A DNA stretch of 64,000 nt from an uncultured Acidimicrobiales bacterium (lineage in GTDB: Bacteria; Actinomycetota; Acidimicrobiia; Acidimicrobiales; SZUA-35), in NCBI GenBank assembly GCA_963803875.1, contig CAWDOA010000010.1:57-64056 (forward strand). The letters run 5' to 3'. A program made the position numbers and the translations under genes. The notes under the pieces were generated by a model. That model saw only the letters and a list, made by a program, of their open reading frames with translations. It was not told the DNA's origin and did not search any database. The first letter of the stretch is position 1, and each line of letters opens with the position of its first letter. Shown here piece by piece: positions 39,700 to 49,821 of this stretch.

Positions 39700-41046
39700 A
39701 TGCCTACCCAGCTCGAGGACTTGGGAATTCCACCGTCGATGGTGGAGGACCTGTTCTGCCGTCGGGTCTTCAATGCCCGGCGAACCACGATCCGGGCGGC
39801 GGCAGCTGAAATCGGGCTGAGCTTGAGTGTGGCCACCGGCGTTGCAGAGGACCTCCGCGGCCGCAACATTATGGAGTTCCACGGACTCGATGGCCGGGAC
39901 TACATGATCGGCCTGACCGATCAGGGTCGCCAGTCAACCGTGGACAGTATGAAGGAGTCCACCTACTCCGAGACCCTGCCCGTCCCGCTCGGTCTGTATG
40001 TGCGGACGGTTCACAGCCAAAAGGCCAAGCTGCAGATCAATCGGGAGAGCATCAAGGAAGCATTCAACGATCTCGTCGTGAGCGATGAGCTGCTCGATCA
40101 ACTGGGTCCGGCATTCCTCAACGATGGCGCCATCTTCATGTACGGCCCTCCTGGTACCGGCAAGACCAGCTTGGCGGAACGCATGATACGGATTCACAAG
40201 GATGCAATCCTGATCCCACGAGCGGTGGAGATGGACGGTCAGGTCATCACCGTCTTCGATCCGGCTGTTCACACCCCGGTTCCGGACCAACCAGCCGGCC
40301 TGGATCCTCGGTGGCTGTTGTGCGCCCGCCCGATCGTCATCGTCGGAGGCGAACTCACACTCGACATGGTCGATCTGGAACTGGATCAGAAGTCGGGGAC
40401 CTACAAAGCCCCTCTTCAAATGCAGGCCAACAATGGAATCCTCGTGGTGGACGATTTCGGTCGTCAAACAATCCGGCCATCAGATCTCCTCAACCGATGG
40501 ATCATCCCGTTGAGCCGCGGTGTGGACTTCCTCAAACTCGCCAACGGCACCAAGTTCACCGTTCCCTTCGAGATCAAGCTGGTTGCGTCGACCAACCTGA
40601 ACCCGAACTCTCTTGGCGACGATGCCTTCCTTCGTCGGCTTCGAAACAAGGTGTACGTCGGAGCGGTCGAAGAGGATGCTTTCAATTGGATTCTGGCCCG
40701 TGTTTCGCAGGCCAAGGGCCTCCAAGTGACAGCCGAAGGGGCCGAACAGCTCCGCAAACAGGCCGAGAAGCATCTGGGTGAACTCCGTCCGTACCTGGCC
40801 GTCGACTTCTGCGAACTCGCCATAGGCATCTGTGAGTACGAGAGCATCGGTCGCACTCTGGACACCAGGATGATCGATCGCGTCGCATCGGTGTACTTCG
40901 TGAACGACGAGGTTGCGGAGGAACGGAAGTCAGCGGCTGAACGAGCCGCTGAACTGGCTCAAAAGGCAGCCGAACTGGCTGCGAGTTCTTCCAACGCCAA
41001 CCCGCTCGGCTTCGACCCCTTTGCGATCACACTCCATCAGACCTGA
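39700..41046 (+). CDS. Orphan AAA+ ATPase with an N-terminal winged-helix-like region
   Basis: Walker A is FMYGPPGTGKTS and Walker B is ILVVDDFGRQ. LLNRWIIPL, LVASTNLNP and FLRRL are also present. The start could be the GTG at 39634 or the ATG at 39700. Confidence 0.75.
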   Translation: MPTQLEDLGIPPSMVEDLFCRRVFNARRTTIRAAAAEIGLSLSVATGVAEDLRGRNIMEFHGLDGRDYMIGLTDQGRQSTVDSMKESTYSETLPVPLGLYVRTVHSQKAKLQINRESIKEAFNDLVVSDELLDQLGPAFLNDGAIFMYGPPGTGKTSLAERMIRIHKDAILIPRAVEMDGQVITVFDPAVHTPVPDQPAGLDPRWLLCARPIVIVGGELTLDMVDLELDQKSGTYKAPLQMQANNGILVVDDFGRQTIRPSDLLNRWIIPLSRGVDFLKLANGTKFTVPFEIKLVASTNLNPNSLGDDAFLRRLRNKVYVGAVEEDAFNWILARVSQAKGLQVTAEGAEQLRKQAEKHLGELRPYLAVDFCELAIGICEYESIGRTLDTRMIDRVASVYFVNDEVAEERKSAAERAAELAQKAAELAASSSNANPLGFDPFAITLHQT

Positions 41047-41070
41047 ATCACGCCGCAGGGCGAGAGCACA

Positions 41071-42744
41071 TCACTTCTTTCGTTTTTGAATGTTGGCCCA
41101 TTCGTCTCTCAGACCGACTGTGCGGTGGAAGACGGTTGGATCATCCAGATCGGCAGCGAAGTATCCCAGCCGTTCGAACTGGACAACCTGCCCCGGGTCA
41201 ACCTCGGACAGGGCTGGCTCCAACTTGGCCGAACAAACCTCGTTGGCATTGGCGTTCAGGGACGCAAGTGGGTTGGCGCCGTCGGACCCGGGATGGGAGT
41301 CGCTGAACAGGCGGTCATACAGGTTGACAGTGGCATCAACGGCGTGAGCGGCCGAGACCCAATGCATCGTGCTCTTCACCTTGCGTCCATCGGGCGAATT
41401 CCCACCACGAGTCTCCGGGTCGTAGGTGCAATTGACCTGCACCACCTCGCCGTCTTCGTCGGTGAGCGCGTCGTTGGCGGTCACGAAATACGCGTTCCGC
41501 AGTCGCACTTCGCGACCGGGAGTGAGCCGGTAGTACTTCGGGGGTGGTTCGAGCCGGAAGTCATCCTGTTCGATCCACAGTTCACCGGTAAAAGGCACCT
41601 TTCGTGTACCAGCATCGGGATCACCGGGGATGTTGTCCGCCTCCATCCACTCCACCTGGCCATCGGGCCAGTTGGTGATGACGACCTTCAGCGGTTTGAC
41701 GACCGCCATCCGACGAAGCGCTGATGTGTTCAAGTCGGTCCGTACGAATGACTCCAGCAACTCGACCTCGACCGTGCTGTTGGTCTTGGCCACACCGACC
41801 CGATCCACGAAGCCATGAAGGGCCTTGGCCGGATAGCCGCGCCGTCGCATACCCCGAACGGTTGGCATCTGAGCATCGTCCCAGCCCGACACGTGTCCGC
41901 CCTCGACCAAAGCGCGCAGGACGCGCTTGGACAGCACGGTATGGGTGAGGTTCAACCGTGCGAACTCGGTCTGTTCGGGGGTGTCACTGGGCAGATCGAG
42001 ATGAGACAGGCACCAGTCGTACAGCGGTCGGTGGTCGGCGAATTCGAGTGTGCAGATCGAATGGGTTGTGCCTTCGATGGCGTCGCTCTGGCCGTGAGCC
42101 CAGTCATAGGTTGGATAGATGATCCACCGGTCACCGGTGCGGTGATGCGGAATTCGGCGAATCCGATACAGCACCGGATCACGGAGCCACATGTTGTCAG
42201 CCTGCATGTCGATCTTCGCCCTCAACACACGGGAGCCGTCTTCGTAGTCGCCGTCTCGCATCCCGCGGAGTAAGCCGAGGTTCTCCTCCGGCGTTCGATT
42301 CCGGAAGGGACTCTCGATGCCTGGCCGACCAAAGCCACCGCGCTGTGCCGAAATAGTGTCCGCATCCTGATCGTCGACGAAGGCAAGGCCCTTCTCAACC
42401 AAGACCTCAGCCCATTCATAGATCTGATCGAAGTAGTCAGAGGCGTACCGTGGTTCACCGGCGGGGGTCACTCCCAACCACTCGAGGTCCGAACAGATCG
42501 CGTCGACATAGGTGGTGTCTTCGGTCTCGGGATTTGTGTCGTCGAAGCGAAGGAAGCAGCTGCCGTCGAACTCCTCGGCAATCCCGAAATTCAGGTAGAT
42601 CGACTTGACATGCCCAACGTGGAGGAAGCCGTTGGGTTCGGGCGGAAATCTGGTTTGAACCCGGCCATTGAATCGGCCCGACTCGATGTCGATCTGAACC
42701 TTCTCACGGACGAAGTCGACCGAGTCCGTTGCAGCGTCTTCCAT
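41071..42744 (-). CDS. glnS: Glutaminyl-tRNA synthetase
   Basis: The HIGH-type motif is FLHVGHVKS and the KMSKS-type motif is VLSKR. RFDDTNPE, PTYDWAHGQSDAIEGTTHSICTLEF and a C-terminal anticodon-binding region (FERLGYF) are also present. Confidence 0.85.
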   Translation of the reverse strand: MEDAATDSVDFVREKVQIDIESGRFNGRVQTRFPPEPNGFLHVGHVKSIYLNFGIAEEFDGSCFLRFDDTNPETEDTTYVDAICSDLEWLGVTPAGEPRYASDYFDQIYEWAEVLVEKGLAFVDDQDADTISAQRGGFGRPGIESPFRNRTPEENLGLLRGMRDGDYEDGSRVLRAKIDMQADNMWLRDPVLYRIRRIPHHRTGDRWIIYPTYDWAHGQSDAIEGTTHSICTLEFADHRPLYDWCLSHLDLPSDTPEQTEFARLNLTHTVLSKRVLRALVEGGHVSGWDDAQMPTVRGMRRRGYPAKALHGFVDRVGVAKTNSTVEVELLESFVRTDLNTSALRRMAVVKPLKVVITNWPDGQVEWMEADNIPGDPDAGTRKVPFTGELWIEQDDFRLEPPPKYYRLTPGREVRLRNAYFVTANDALTDEDGEVVQVNCTYDPETRGGNSPDGRKVKSTMHWVSAAHAVDATVNLYDRLFSDSHPGSDGANPLASLNANANEVCSAKLEPALSEVDPGQVVQFERLGYFAADLDDPTVFHRTVGLRDEWANIQKRKK

Positions 42745-42785
42745 AGAGCGCAACGGTAGCGCCCATACTCGCCCGGGCTGGTCGA

Positions 42786-43391
42786 CTAGACCGTCGACCT
42801 GTCCCCCCGCAGTGCCAATCCGAGGCCGATCCCGAGAACTACCACGAACAGGGCTCCACCATAGAGAAGCGGTGGGGGCCCTCCTTGCTCGAATCCTGTG
42901 ACCGGGACGATGTCGGGATCCGGTGGTGGTGGAACAGCACCCTGTCCAAAACGAGCCTCGAGCGCATCCCTGACGACGCCATCGTTGCCGAGCGGTGCGG
43001 CCGAACATCCATCGGTGCGAAGTCGCTGATCCTCGCCGACGTAGGCGAGGATCGCCGCCGTTCCACGGGCGTTGAAACCACAATTGGCACCGTTGTCCTC
43101 ATAGCTGTACAAGAGCGCCCGGCTCGTGAGGTTTCCCTTGTAGAGCGTCTCTATTTCGAAGGTGAGTTCAAGTTCTCGATCCCCGAACTGTCCGGTGGGA
43201 CCCAAGCGTTGGTCGACCACCTCACCCACAAAGACGGCGGCGAAATCGTCTTGAAACTCGAGGGCATCGACGAAACCGACGCAACTGCACGCCAACGCAG
43301 GGGTGGTCGTAGCGAAGACCATCGAGAGGGACACGATCAAGGCAGCGCCAAGGCAGCGTGCGAATCGGGTGATCAGTCTTGTGCTTGTCAT
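42786..43391 (-). CDS. Secreted, C-terminally membrane-anchored protein with N-TIMP-like cysteine pattern
   Basis: The signal peptide ends in ALA and is followed by CSC. In the mature numbering the cysteines fall at 1, 3, 70 and 95. A Pro-rich linker and a C-terminal TM helix (LLYGGALFVVVLGIGLGLAL) follow. Confidence 0.6.
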   Translation of the reverse strand: MTSTRLITRFARCLGAALIVSLSMVFATTTPALACSCVGFVDALEFQDDFAAVFVGEVVDQRLGPTGQFGDRELELTFEIETLYKGNLTSRALLYSYEDNGANCGFNARGTAAILAYVGEDQRLRTDGCSAAPLGNDGVVRDALEARFGQGAVPPPPDPDIVPVTGFEQGGPPPLLYGGALFVVVLGIGLGLALRGDRSTV

Positions 43392-43395
43392 GATT

Positions 43396-45336
43396 CTACG
43401 ACGATGTGGATGGAGGTTCGGTTCCCACCTGATGCGTGAGTGTCCCTTCGAGACGACACTCGATGAAGAAGTCGGAGCCCTCGATTCGTACCGTATTGTC
43501 GAATCGCTTCACCTGAACGCTCACCTCTGCTGAGGAACCTCCCAACCCGCTGGATTCGTATCGCTCCCGCAACAGCTGCTCGATTCGACGGGTTCCCTCT
43601 TCAACCGCCTCTTCAAGGGTCTCGAAGGCGACCGCGTGACCCGGCCGATGTAGCACGAATCCGGCCCGCTTCGGAGCAGTTATGGCGGCGGTGAGTTGGA
43701 CTCTGACGCTGCCGACGGCTGCGCCGACGGCGTTCGCCACCTCGCTGAAAGGCGGGATGAGTACTTCGGTGCCGAGCAGTTCGGCTATCGGCGGGTGATA
43801 CAGCGACGCCGATGCCCCGATACCGATCACCGGTCGGTCCAGCACGAGCCGCACGTCGAAGTGCTCATGGGATACACCGACGTGATTCCATACACCAATG
43901 GGGATGCCGGCCGCCGTGGCGACTGCGGCACCGGTGCGACGTTGGACCGCAGTCAAAATCGCCTCTCCCGCATCGGGTCCCGTCGAAAATCTGTGATCGC
44001 CGAACCGGTCGAGCGTTGCGGCAAAAAGCGCCAGGCCTGCCTCGGATGCCCGCACGTCAAAGGTGGTACCGAACTGATCGAGCTGCACGCGCCCCAAAGC
44101 CCATGCAGCATCGGTTGGAGTGAGTGCGATGAACCGAAGTCCCCCGACGGCAGCGCTTCGACGGGCCGCGAGGTAGTCGCGGCGGGTAGAGAATGCTGAC
44201 GTCGCTTCGAGTAGCTCCCCATCGGCGGTGAGGCAGAACAGGCCGTCTGTATCGGAGACGATGCGACGTTCGAGCTGCCCCTTGAGCCGATCGGCAATCT
44301 CGGGGAACTGAACCTGAGCAACTCCCAGTGGGATCACTCGGCCGGGACCAATTCGCAGCTGGGAGTGTTGTTCGTCCCACGCCACCTCGCTATCGCCGCC
44401 GAGTCCCTCGGTGGTGATCCGGGGCGACCGGATCATCGTGGCGACGCCCCCGACTGTCGCTCCGTCGTCGACAACCTCGGGAATAGCGTTGGAAACAATG
44501 GCTACATCGGTCGTCGTTCCACCGATATCAACTACAACTGCATCGTCGACACCGGCCAGATGAATGCCGCCCACCAACGACGCTGCCGGTCCCGACAGGA
44601 TCGTCTCGACAGGTCGTTCCACCGCCTGAGGCAGTGACATGACCGAACCGTCAGACCTCACCACCACCAGCGGCGCATCAATTCCGGCGTCACGGACGGA
44701 TCGTTCGAACGCATCCAACAATCGCCGAACCGGGGCGGTGAGCATGGCATTGGCCAGTGCGGTCGATGCGCGGCGGGGGCCATCGAGGCGCCCGCTCAAA
44801 TCGTGGGAGCATGTGACAGGCAGGCCAGCGGTGCGTGGATCGGCTGCGAGCACCTGTCGAATCGCAACCTCATGAGCCTCGTTCCGTACTGCGAAGAGCG
44901 ATGCGACCGCGATGGCATCGGTCGCGCCCAGAACATCAAGAGCCGCATGCAGCTCCGCAGTCCCCAGTTCGGCTCGCTCACGACCCTGGGCGTTGTGACC
45001 TCCGGGGATTCGAATCACCTGAACAGCGCGATCCACTCCGTCGATTCGCGCCATCGATGCATCGTCGAAGCCGGCGACAACCAGGGCCGCTCCACCACCG
45101 GTGCTTTCGACCATTGCGTTGGTGGCCAATGTCGTCGACAACGCAACCGAGGTGATGAGCTCCTGGTGTATGCCGAGCCGGGCTGCATCTTGGGTCACCT
45201 CATGAAGAGCAGCTGACACACCAACGATCAGGTCGCCATGGGTCGTTGGCGATTTGGCGGACGCAACGACGTCACCTTCGACACCAAGCAACGCCGCGTC
45301 GGTAAACGTGCCACCGGTGTCGATTCCAATTCGCAT
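43396..45336 (-). CDS. Hydantoinase/oxoprolinase (HyuA-like) family protein
   Basis: The N-terminus is MRIGIDTGGTFTD. A second ASKHA-type motif, VVDIGGTTTD, is present. The protein is about 646 aa. Confidence 0.8.
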   Translation of the reverse strand: MRIGIDTGGTFTDAALLGVEGDVVASAKSPTTHGDLIVGVSAALHEVTQDAARLGIHQELITSVALSTTLATNAMVESTGGGAALVVAGFDDASMARIDGVDRAVQVIRIPGGHNAQGRERAELGTAELHAALDVLGATDAIAVASLFAVRNEAHEVAIRQVLAADPRTAGLPVTCSHDLSGRLDGPRRASTALANAMLTAPVRRLLDAFERSVRDAGIDAPLVVVRSDGSVMSLPQAVERPVETILSGPAASLVGGIHLAGVDDAVVVDIGGTTTDVAIVSNAIPEVVDDGATVGGVATMIRSPRITTEGLGGDSEVAWDEQHSQLRIGPGRVIPLGVAQVQFPEIADRLKGQLERRIVSDTDGLFCLTADGELLEATSAFSTRRDYLAARRSAAVGGLRFIALTPTDAAWALGRVQLDQFGTTFDVRASEAGLALFAATLDRFGDHRFSTGPDAGEAILTAVQRRTGAAVATAAGIPIGVWNHVGVSHEHFDVRLVLDRPVIGIGASASLYHPPIAELLGTEVLIPPFSEVANAVGAAVGSVRVQLTAAITAPKRAGFVLHRPGHAVAFETLEEAVEEGTRRIEQLLRERYESSGLGGSSAEVSVQVKRFDNTVRIEGSDFFIECRLEGTLTHQVGTEPPSTSS

Positions 45337-46029
45337 TCGGGTAAGTATGGCCCCTCGTCCAGCCCATGAGCAGGGTTTGTTTTGCGCCAGTCCTCCAATT
45401 GTCATCTCTCAACTAGGGGTTGAGCCCTGCGCCGGTCTGTTGCGAGACTCTTGATCTTGCCTCTAGGGTTTCGGATTGACGACCGAACCACAGTTTGGGG
45501 CGCCGGTGAGGCAGGACATGAGAACACCACAATGACCACTGGGGGCGCACCGCGCTGGGAACCACTTGCTCGTTTGGCGATTCGTCTCAACCGCGAAGAA
45601 CGTTCAGACAGTGACGACCCCATCCATGTGGCCGAGGATGCGGCTACCGCATTGTGCGAGGCGGCTGACTTCAACGACGTGGTGCTGCGGGAAGCTCTCG
45701 CTGTGTTCGTCGCTGGAGCAGACCGAGGGCGCATCGGCGCCCGAGCAGCGGACAGCCTCCGGCTGGCCATTCGTCAGTGTGACAGCAACAAGCCTCCTTT
45801 TCGTGGGGTTCGCCTCCGTGGCCGGCGCCGACCTGCGCCAGATCAGTCCCACCGGTAGGCACAGCCAGCACGGGAGCACTGCGGGCTCACTCCCCCTACA
45901 TAGGCCGTTTTGCTCATCCGCCGAAGAAATCTGGGCTACTGCGCTAGTGAAACCATCCGAAACGGTCTAACGTTCCCCTCCGTGGGGTGGAGGTTTCTAC
46001 GGGCGCTGTAAGCCAACCAAGGAGCATCC

Positions 46030-47981
46030 ATGAAAAGCAGAACCCTGAAGGCCCTTTTGGCCTTCATTACCGCTACCGCGGCGGTGGTCGGTTTCACCGG
46101 CCCATCGCAGGCAGCTAGCGTCGACGGCGAAACCTACAGCTATCCGCTGGAGGCCAAGGCCGCGGCATCATCGTCGGGAAATGCCGCCGGCACCGTTGAC
46201 GGAACGATGCTCGACTACGTGATCTTTGCCGACGACCTCGGCGCCGACATCGAAAGTGTCGTCATGCACTGGCACACCGGCACCTCCTGTGACGACGCCG
46301 GTCCGATCGAGCTGGACATCACCGACGGTGTCGGGATCGATCTGATCGATGAGCGGTTTGTTCTCGAAGGCTCCATCGCACTGGGCACAACCGACATGGA
46401 GAACGTTTACTTCAACGTGCACAATGAGGATGACCTAGCCGTACTGGCGTGCGGCGAGCTTGATGTGTCCGACGATCCACTTCTGGTGAATCCTGAGTCG
46501 CAGACAATCGAAGTCGGACCCGGCGTCGCAATCAACGCGAGCGGTATCTCTGCGGACGGTAGCGTCACGCTGGAAGGTACACGCCTTCAGGTCAATCTCG
46601 ATTACACCGGCAACAACTTGGCCGACACCAGCCGGCACATGCTGATGCTGCGCTCCTCGACTTCGTGCAGTACTGCCACCGACCCCTTCCTTGTCGCCGA
46701 CAACTCACGTACCGTCTCTACATTCGGCTCGACCGAGATGCTGGCAGCAGCCGATGGAGCCGGCGGAGCCAACTCCCTCCTCGATGTGTTCAACCATACA
46801 TTTTGGAGCTTCACAGCAGGTACGGGACTAGCAACCTGTTGATGAGCTTGCCATCGACACAGAACTGGTGCTGACCCCAGCGGAGGCCGACGCACTTCGA
46901 ACCACCGGATTCTCCATGGTTCTCCATGGCAACGACGCAAACACCGACACCAGTCGTCCCCCCGCTCTCGACGGACTCACCGTCAAGGAAGCCATCCCGG
47001 CGAACTGCCTCCAGTTCAACACCGGATTCAACGCCGGAACTGCGATAGCAGGGAACTACTACGCACTGGAGTTCGGATCGTTGAACGGCTCCAACATTGC
47101 CGGTTCCGCATATCTCAAGAACGACACCACCAGCAGTATCGGTTCCGTTGAGATGATCACCGACCTGAGCGCCAATTCCCCCACCGACGAGTCGAACTAC
47201 AAGTTCCTGCTGCACGACGGCACGTGTACAGCGCCCACCTCACCGTTCGGGATCGGTGGCGACAATCCCGAACTCGGAGCTGCCGGGCTCGATGGCAGCA
47301 CCGGTCGTCTCAGAACCCAGTCGGTACTGTCGAACGCCAGCGCGTACACCGGTACTCGTGCAATTGCGCTCAACAACAGCGAGTACGTGGTGCTGGTTAC
47401 CAACAACGCCAAGACCACCGCGCTGGCGTGTGCCTCATTGAGCCCGGTCTTGGGTGCAGCACCCGTGGCACCCGAACCACCGGCTGAATTCAGTGGCACG
47501 GTCGCTGAAGCGACCACCGTCGAAGACATCCAGACGGGCGTCGGATTACCGTTCGGCGGCCGACAACAAGGGTACCGATCAGGAAATTCTGCGTCTGTAC
47601 ACCGCCTTCTTTGACCGTGAGCCCGACGCAACCGGTGTGAAGTACTGGATCGCCGTGAGCAAGGGCGAAGAGGGCGATCCGGCCAGCCGACGGGTGTTCA
47701 ACACGCTCGAAATCGCCGAGTTCTTCATGCCTCAGCAGGAGTTCATCAACGCCTTCGAGACCGTCAGCGACGATGACTTCGTCGACACGGTGTACGCCAA
47801 CGTTCTGGGCCGCCCCGGCGATACCGCCGGCCTCGGCTACTGGAACGACATCCTGGACGGGACGAACCTCAGCGGACTCAACCCCGATCTCGCCCAGGCC
47901 GAGACCCGTGGCGAGCTCGTCTACTACGTCGCACTCAGCCAGGAGCTGGTGAACCGCAAGCCCTACGCACCGATCGGTTAA
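46030..47981 (+). pseudogene. Secreted CHRD-domain repeat protein with a C-terminal DUF4214-like domain, at least 2 frameshifts
   Basis: An aaggag RBS is followed by a signal peptide (ALLAFITATAAVVGFTGPSQA). CHRD-like segments are present (GTVDGTMLDYVIFADDLG...HWHTG; LTPAEADALRTTGFSMVLHGN). The frame changes at about 46835 and about 47560. The C-terminus, ILRLYTAFFDREPDATGVKYW...FVDTVYANVLGRPGDTAGLGYW, is DUF4214-like. Confidence 0.7.
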
Positions 47982-48001
47982 CCACGGACTAGAAACAAAA
48001 A

Positions 48002-48039
48002 GCGAAGAAGCGTCGGGATCAACCCCGGCGCTTCTTCGC
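48002..48039. terminator. Strong GC-rich hairpin between convergent genes
   Basis: gcgaagaagcgtcggg-atcaa-ccccggcgcttcttcgc has an 11-bp perfect stem plus an extension. An A-run precedes it on the plus strand. Confidence 0.55.
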
Positions 48040-48061
48040 GTTCCAGGTGAGGAACAAATCC

Positions 48062-48235
48062 CTACAGCATGACTGCCTGCGTGGTGAGGCTGAGCGTGGC
48101 ACCACAGTTCCGACACTCCCGAAAGTCGATGTGAACGTCGGTATCGATGACGACCGGGCGAAGGTGTCTGTGGTCGCTGCTCCTCGCAGTCATGCGGCAC
48201 GTGGGGCACTGCACGTCGATCGGTAGTGGTTGCAC
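48062..48235 (-). CDS. Unlisted 57-aa zinc-ribbon-like ORF (CxxC...CxxC)
   Basis: VQPLPIDVQCPTCRMTARSSDHRHLRPVVIDTDVHIDFRECRNCGATLSLTTQAVML. It starts at a GTG and is below the 60-aa cut-off of the ORF track. Confidence 0.35.
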   Translation of the reverse strand: MQPLPIDVQCPTCRMTARSSDHRHLRPVVIDTDVHIDFRECRNCGATLSLTTQAVML

Positions 48236-48319
48236 CTGTATCTATCGGTCGAGGAAACAGGAAGTACAGGCGTTGATCCCGACCGATTGCGATTTCGCTG
48301 AGATAACCTTTGGCCCTCT

Positions 48320-49805
48320 ATGGCTCGCCGCATCGAGGTCGAACTCACCAGCACACAAGACACAGATACCTGGACGTGGAGGGCAGCCGGTGCTCGACAG
48401 CCAAAGGGCGAGCTTGCCGCCAGCCTTCTGTACCCCGGCGCAAAGATCGGCGACGTATGCAAGGTCGAGGCTGAGTTCCATCTGGACGGCATCGAAGTGC
48501 TCGAAGTCTTCGCCCCGAAAGCGAAGAAGGAACGCACTGACCTCCTGGAGATGTTCTCGCGTCCGGTGCGCGACGACGAACTGGTCACTGAAGTCAAGGC
48601 ACCGAAGGGCCGCGGCCGGGGTCGGGATGGCGACCGAGACCGTGGTCGACCGCGCCGAGATCGTGGTGAACGAAAAGGCCGGGGAGAGCCAAGCTCCCGC
48701 CCGCCACGCGATACCAAACCGGCAAAGCCCCGTCCCACTCGACTCAAGCCTCGACGCTGTCCACCGCGATGCTGTGGTGGCCCAAGTACCCGAAGAACAC
48801 CGGCCTATTGCTGACCAACTGCTGAAGGGCGGTCTGCCAGCGGTTCGGACTGCTGCCAAGGATGATCCAAACGCCAAGGCGATCATCGCCATCGCCGAGG
48901 GCCTCCAACCCAAGCTGGCAACAGCGGAATGGCGAGATCGAGCCGAAGCCGCTCTGGCCGATATCGACAAGCTCGACCTACGGGATCTTCGCCAGGTTGT
49001 CGTGGCCGCCGACAAGGGGGCCCGAGACGAAGAAACTCGAGCGATGGCCGCCGAACTTCGAGAGAGCCTGAACCGCAGGGTAGAGACCGACCATGCCGAG
49101 TGGCTTGGCGATCTGCAGACCGCGGTGAACGAAGAACGGACTATTCGGGCATTGAGGCTCACCTCCCGCCCGGTGAAGGCAGGATCGCCGATTCCGGTTG
49201 AGATTGCAGAGCCGCTCGCAGCCCAGACAGCCGCAGCGCTGGGAGCCGAAACACTTCCGGATCGCTGGGCATCGGTCGTCGATGCTCTGGCCTTCTCGCC
49301 GATTCGAGGCGCGGTCACTCCTGAGCACTACCCCGACAATCTCGATGAGCGTTCGCTCGACGTCATCCGCGCAGTTGCGGACCGGGTGCCCACCATTGCA
49401 GCGCACTATGGGATCAAACCTTCTGAGGCCAAAGCCGCGGCAAAACGCGTCAGGGCTGCCCGAAAGGCCACCGGCCAACGCGGCCGTGGCGCTCGACCAA
49501 CCGGTTCTCGTGGACCTCGCAAGGAAGGTTCAGGTGAAGGAGGCGAACGTCGCGGCGGTCGCGACAAACGTGAGCGCCGAGATCGCGATTCGGGACCCCA
49601 TGTGAACAAGGGTCCGGCGGACCTTTTGCGCCAGCCAGCTCGACCTCGCCCCGGAACCGTTGTCGTCGAACCAGAACCTCAACCCGAAGAGGCAACGGAA
49701 GAGACCACCGAGAACGCTGAAGCGGTCTCCGATGCCGTCGAAGCCACCGAGACAGACACCATCGAGACTGAAGGCTCCGAATCTCCCAAACCTGAAACCC
49801 CGTAG
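48320..49805 (+). pseudogene. Conserved-looking hypothetical protein with Arg/Gly-rich linker and acidic tail, one frameshift near 48755
   Basis: The N-terminus is MARRIEVELTSTQDTDTWTWRAAGARQPKG. Basic low-complexity sequence follows. The protein then continues in the 48147 frame as VHRDAVVAQVPEEHRPIADQLLKGGLPAVRTA... Confidence 0.55.
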
Positions 49806-49821
49806 AGAGCACCGGAGACGG

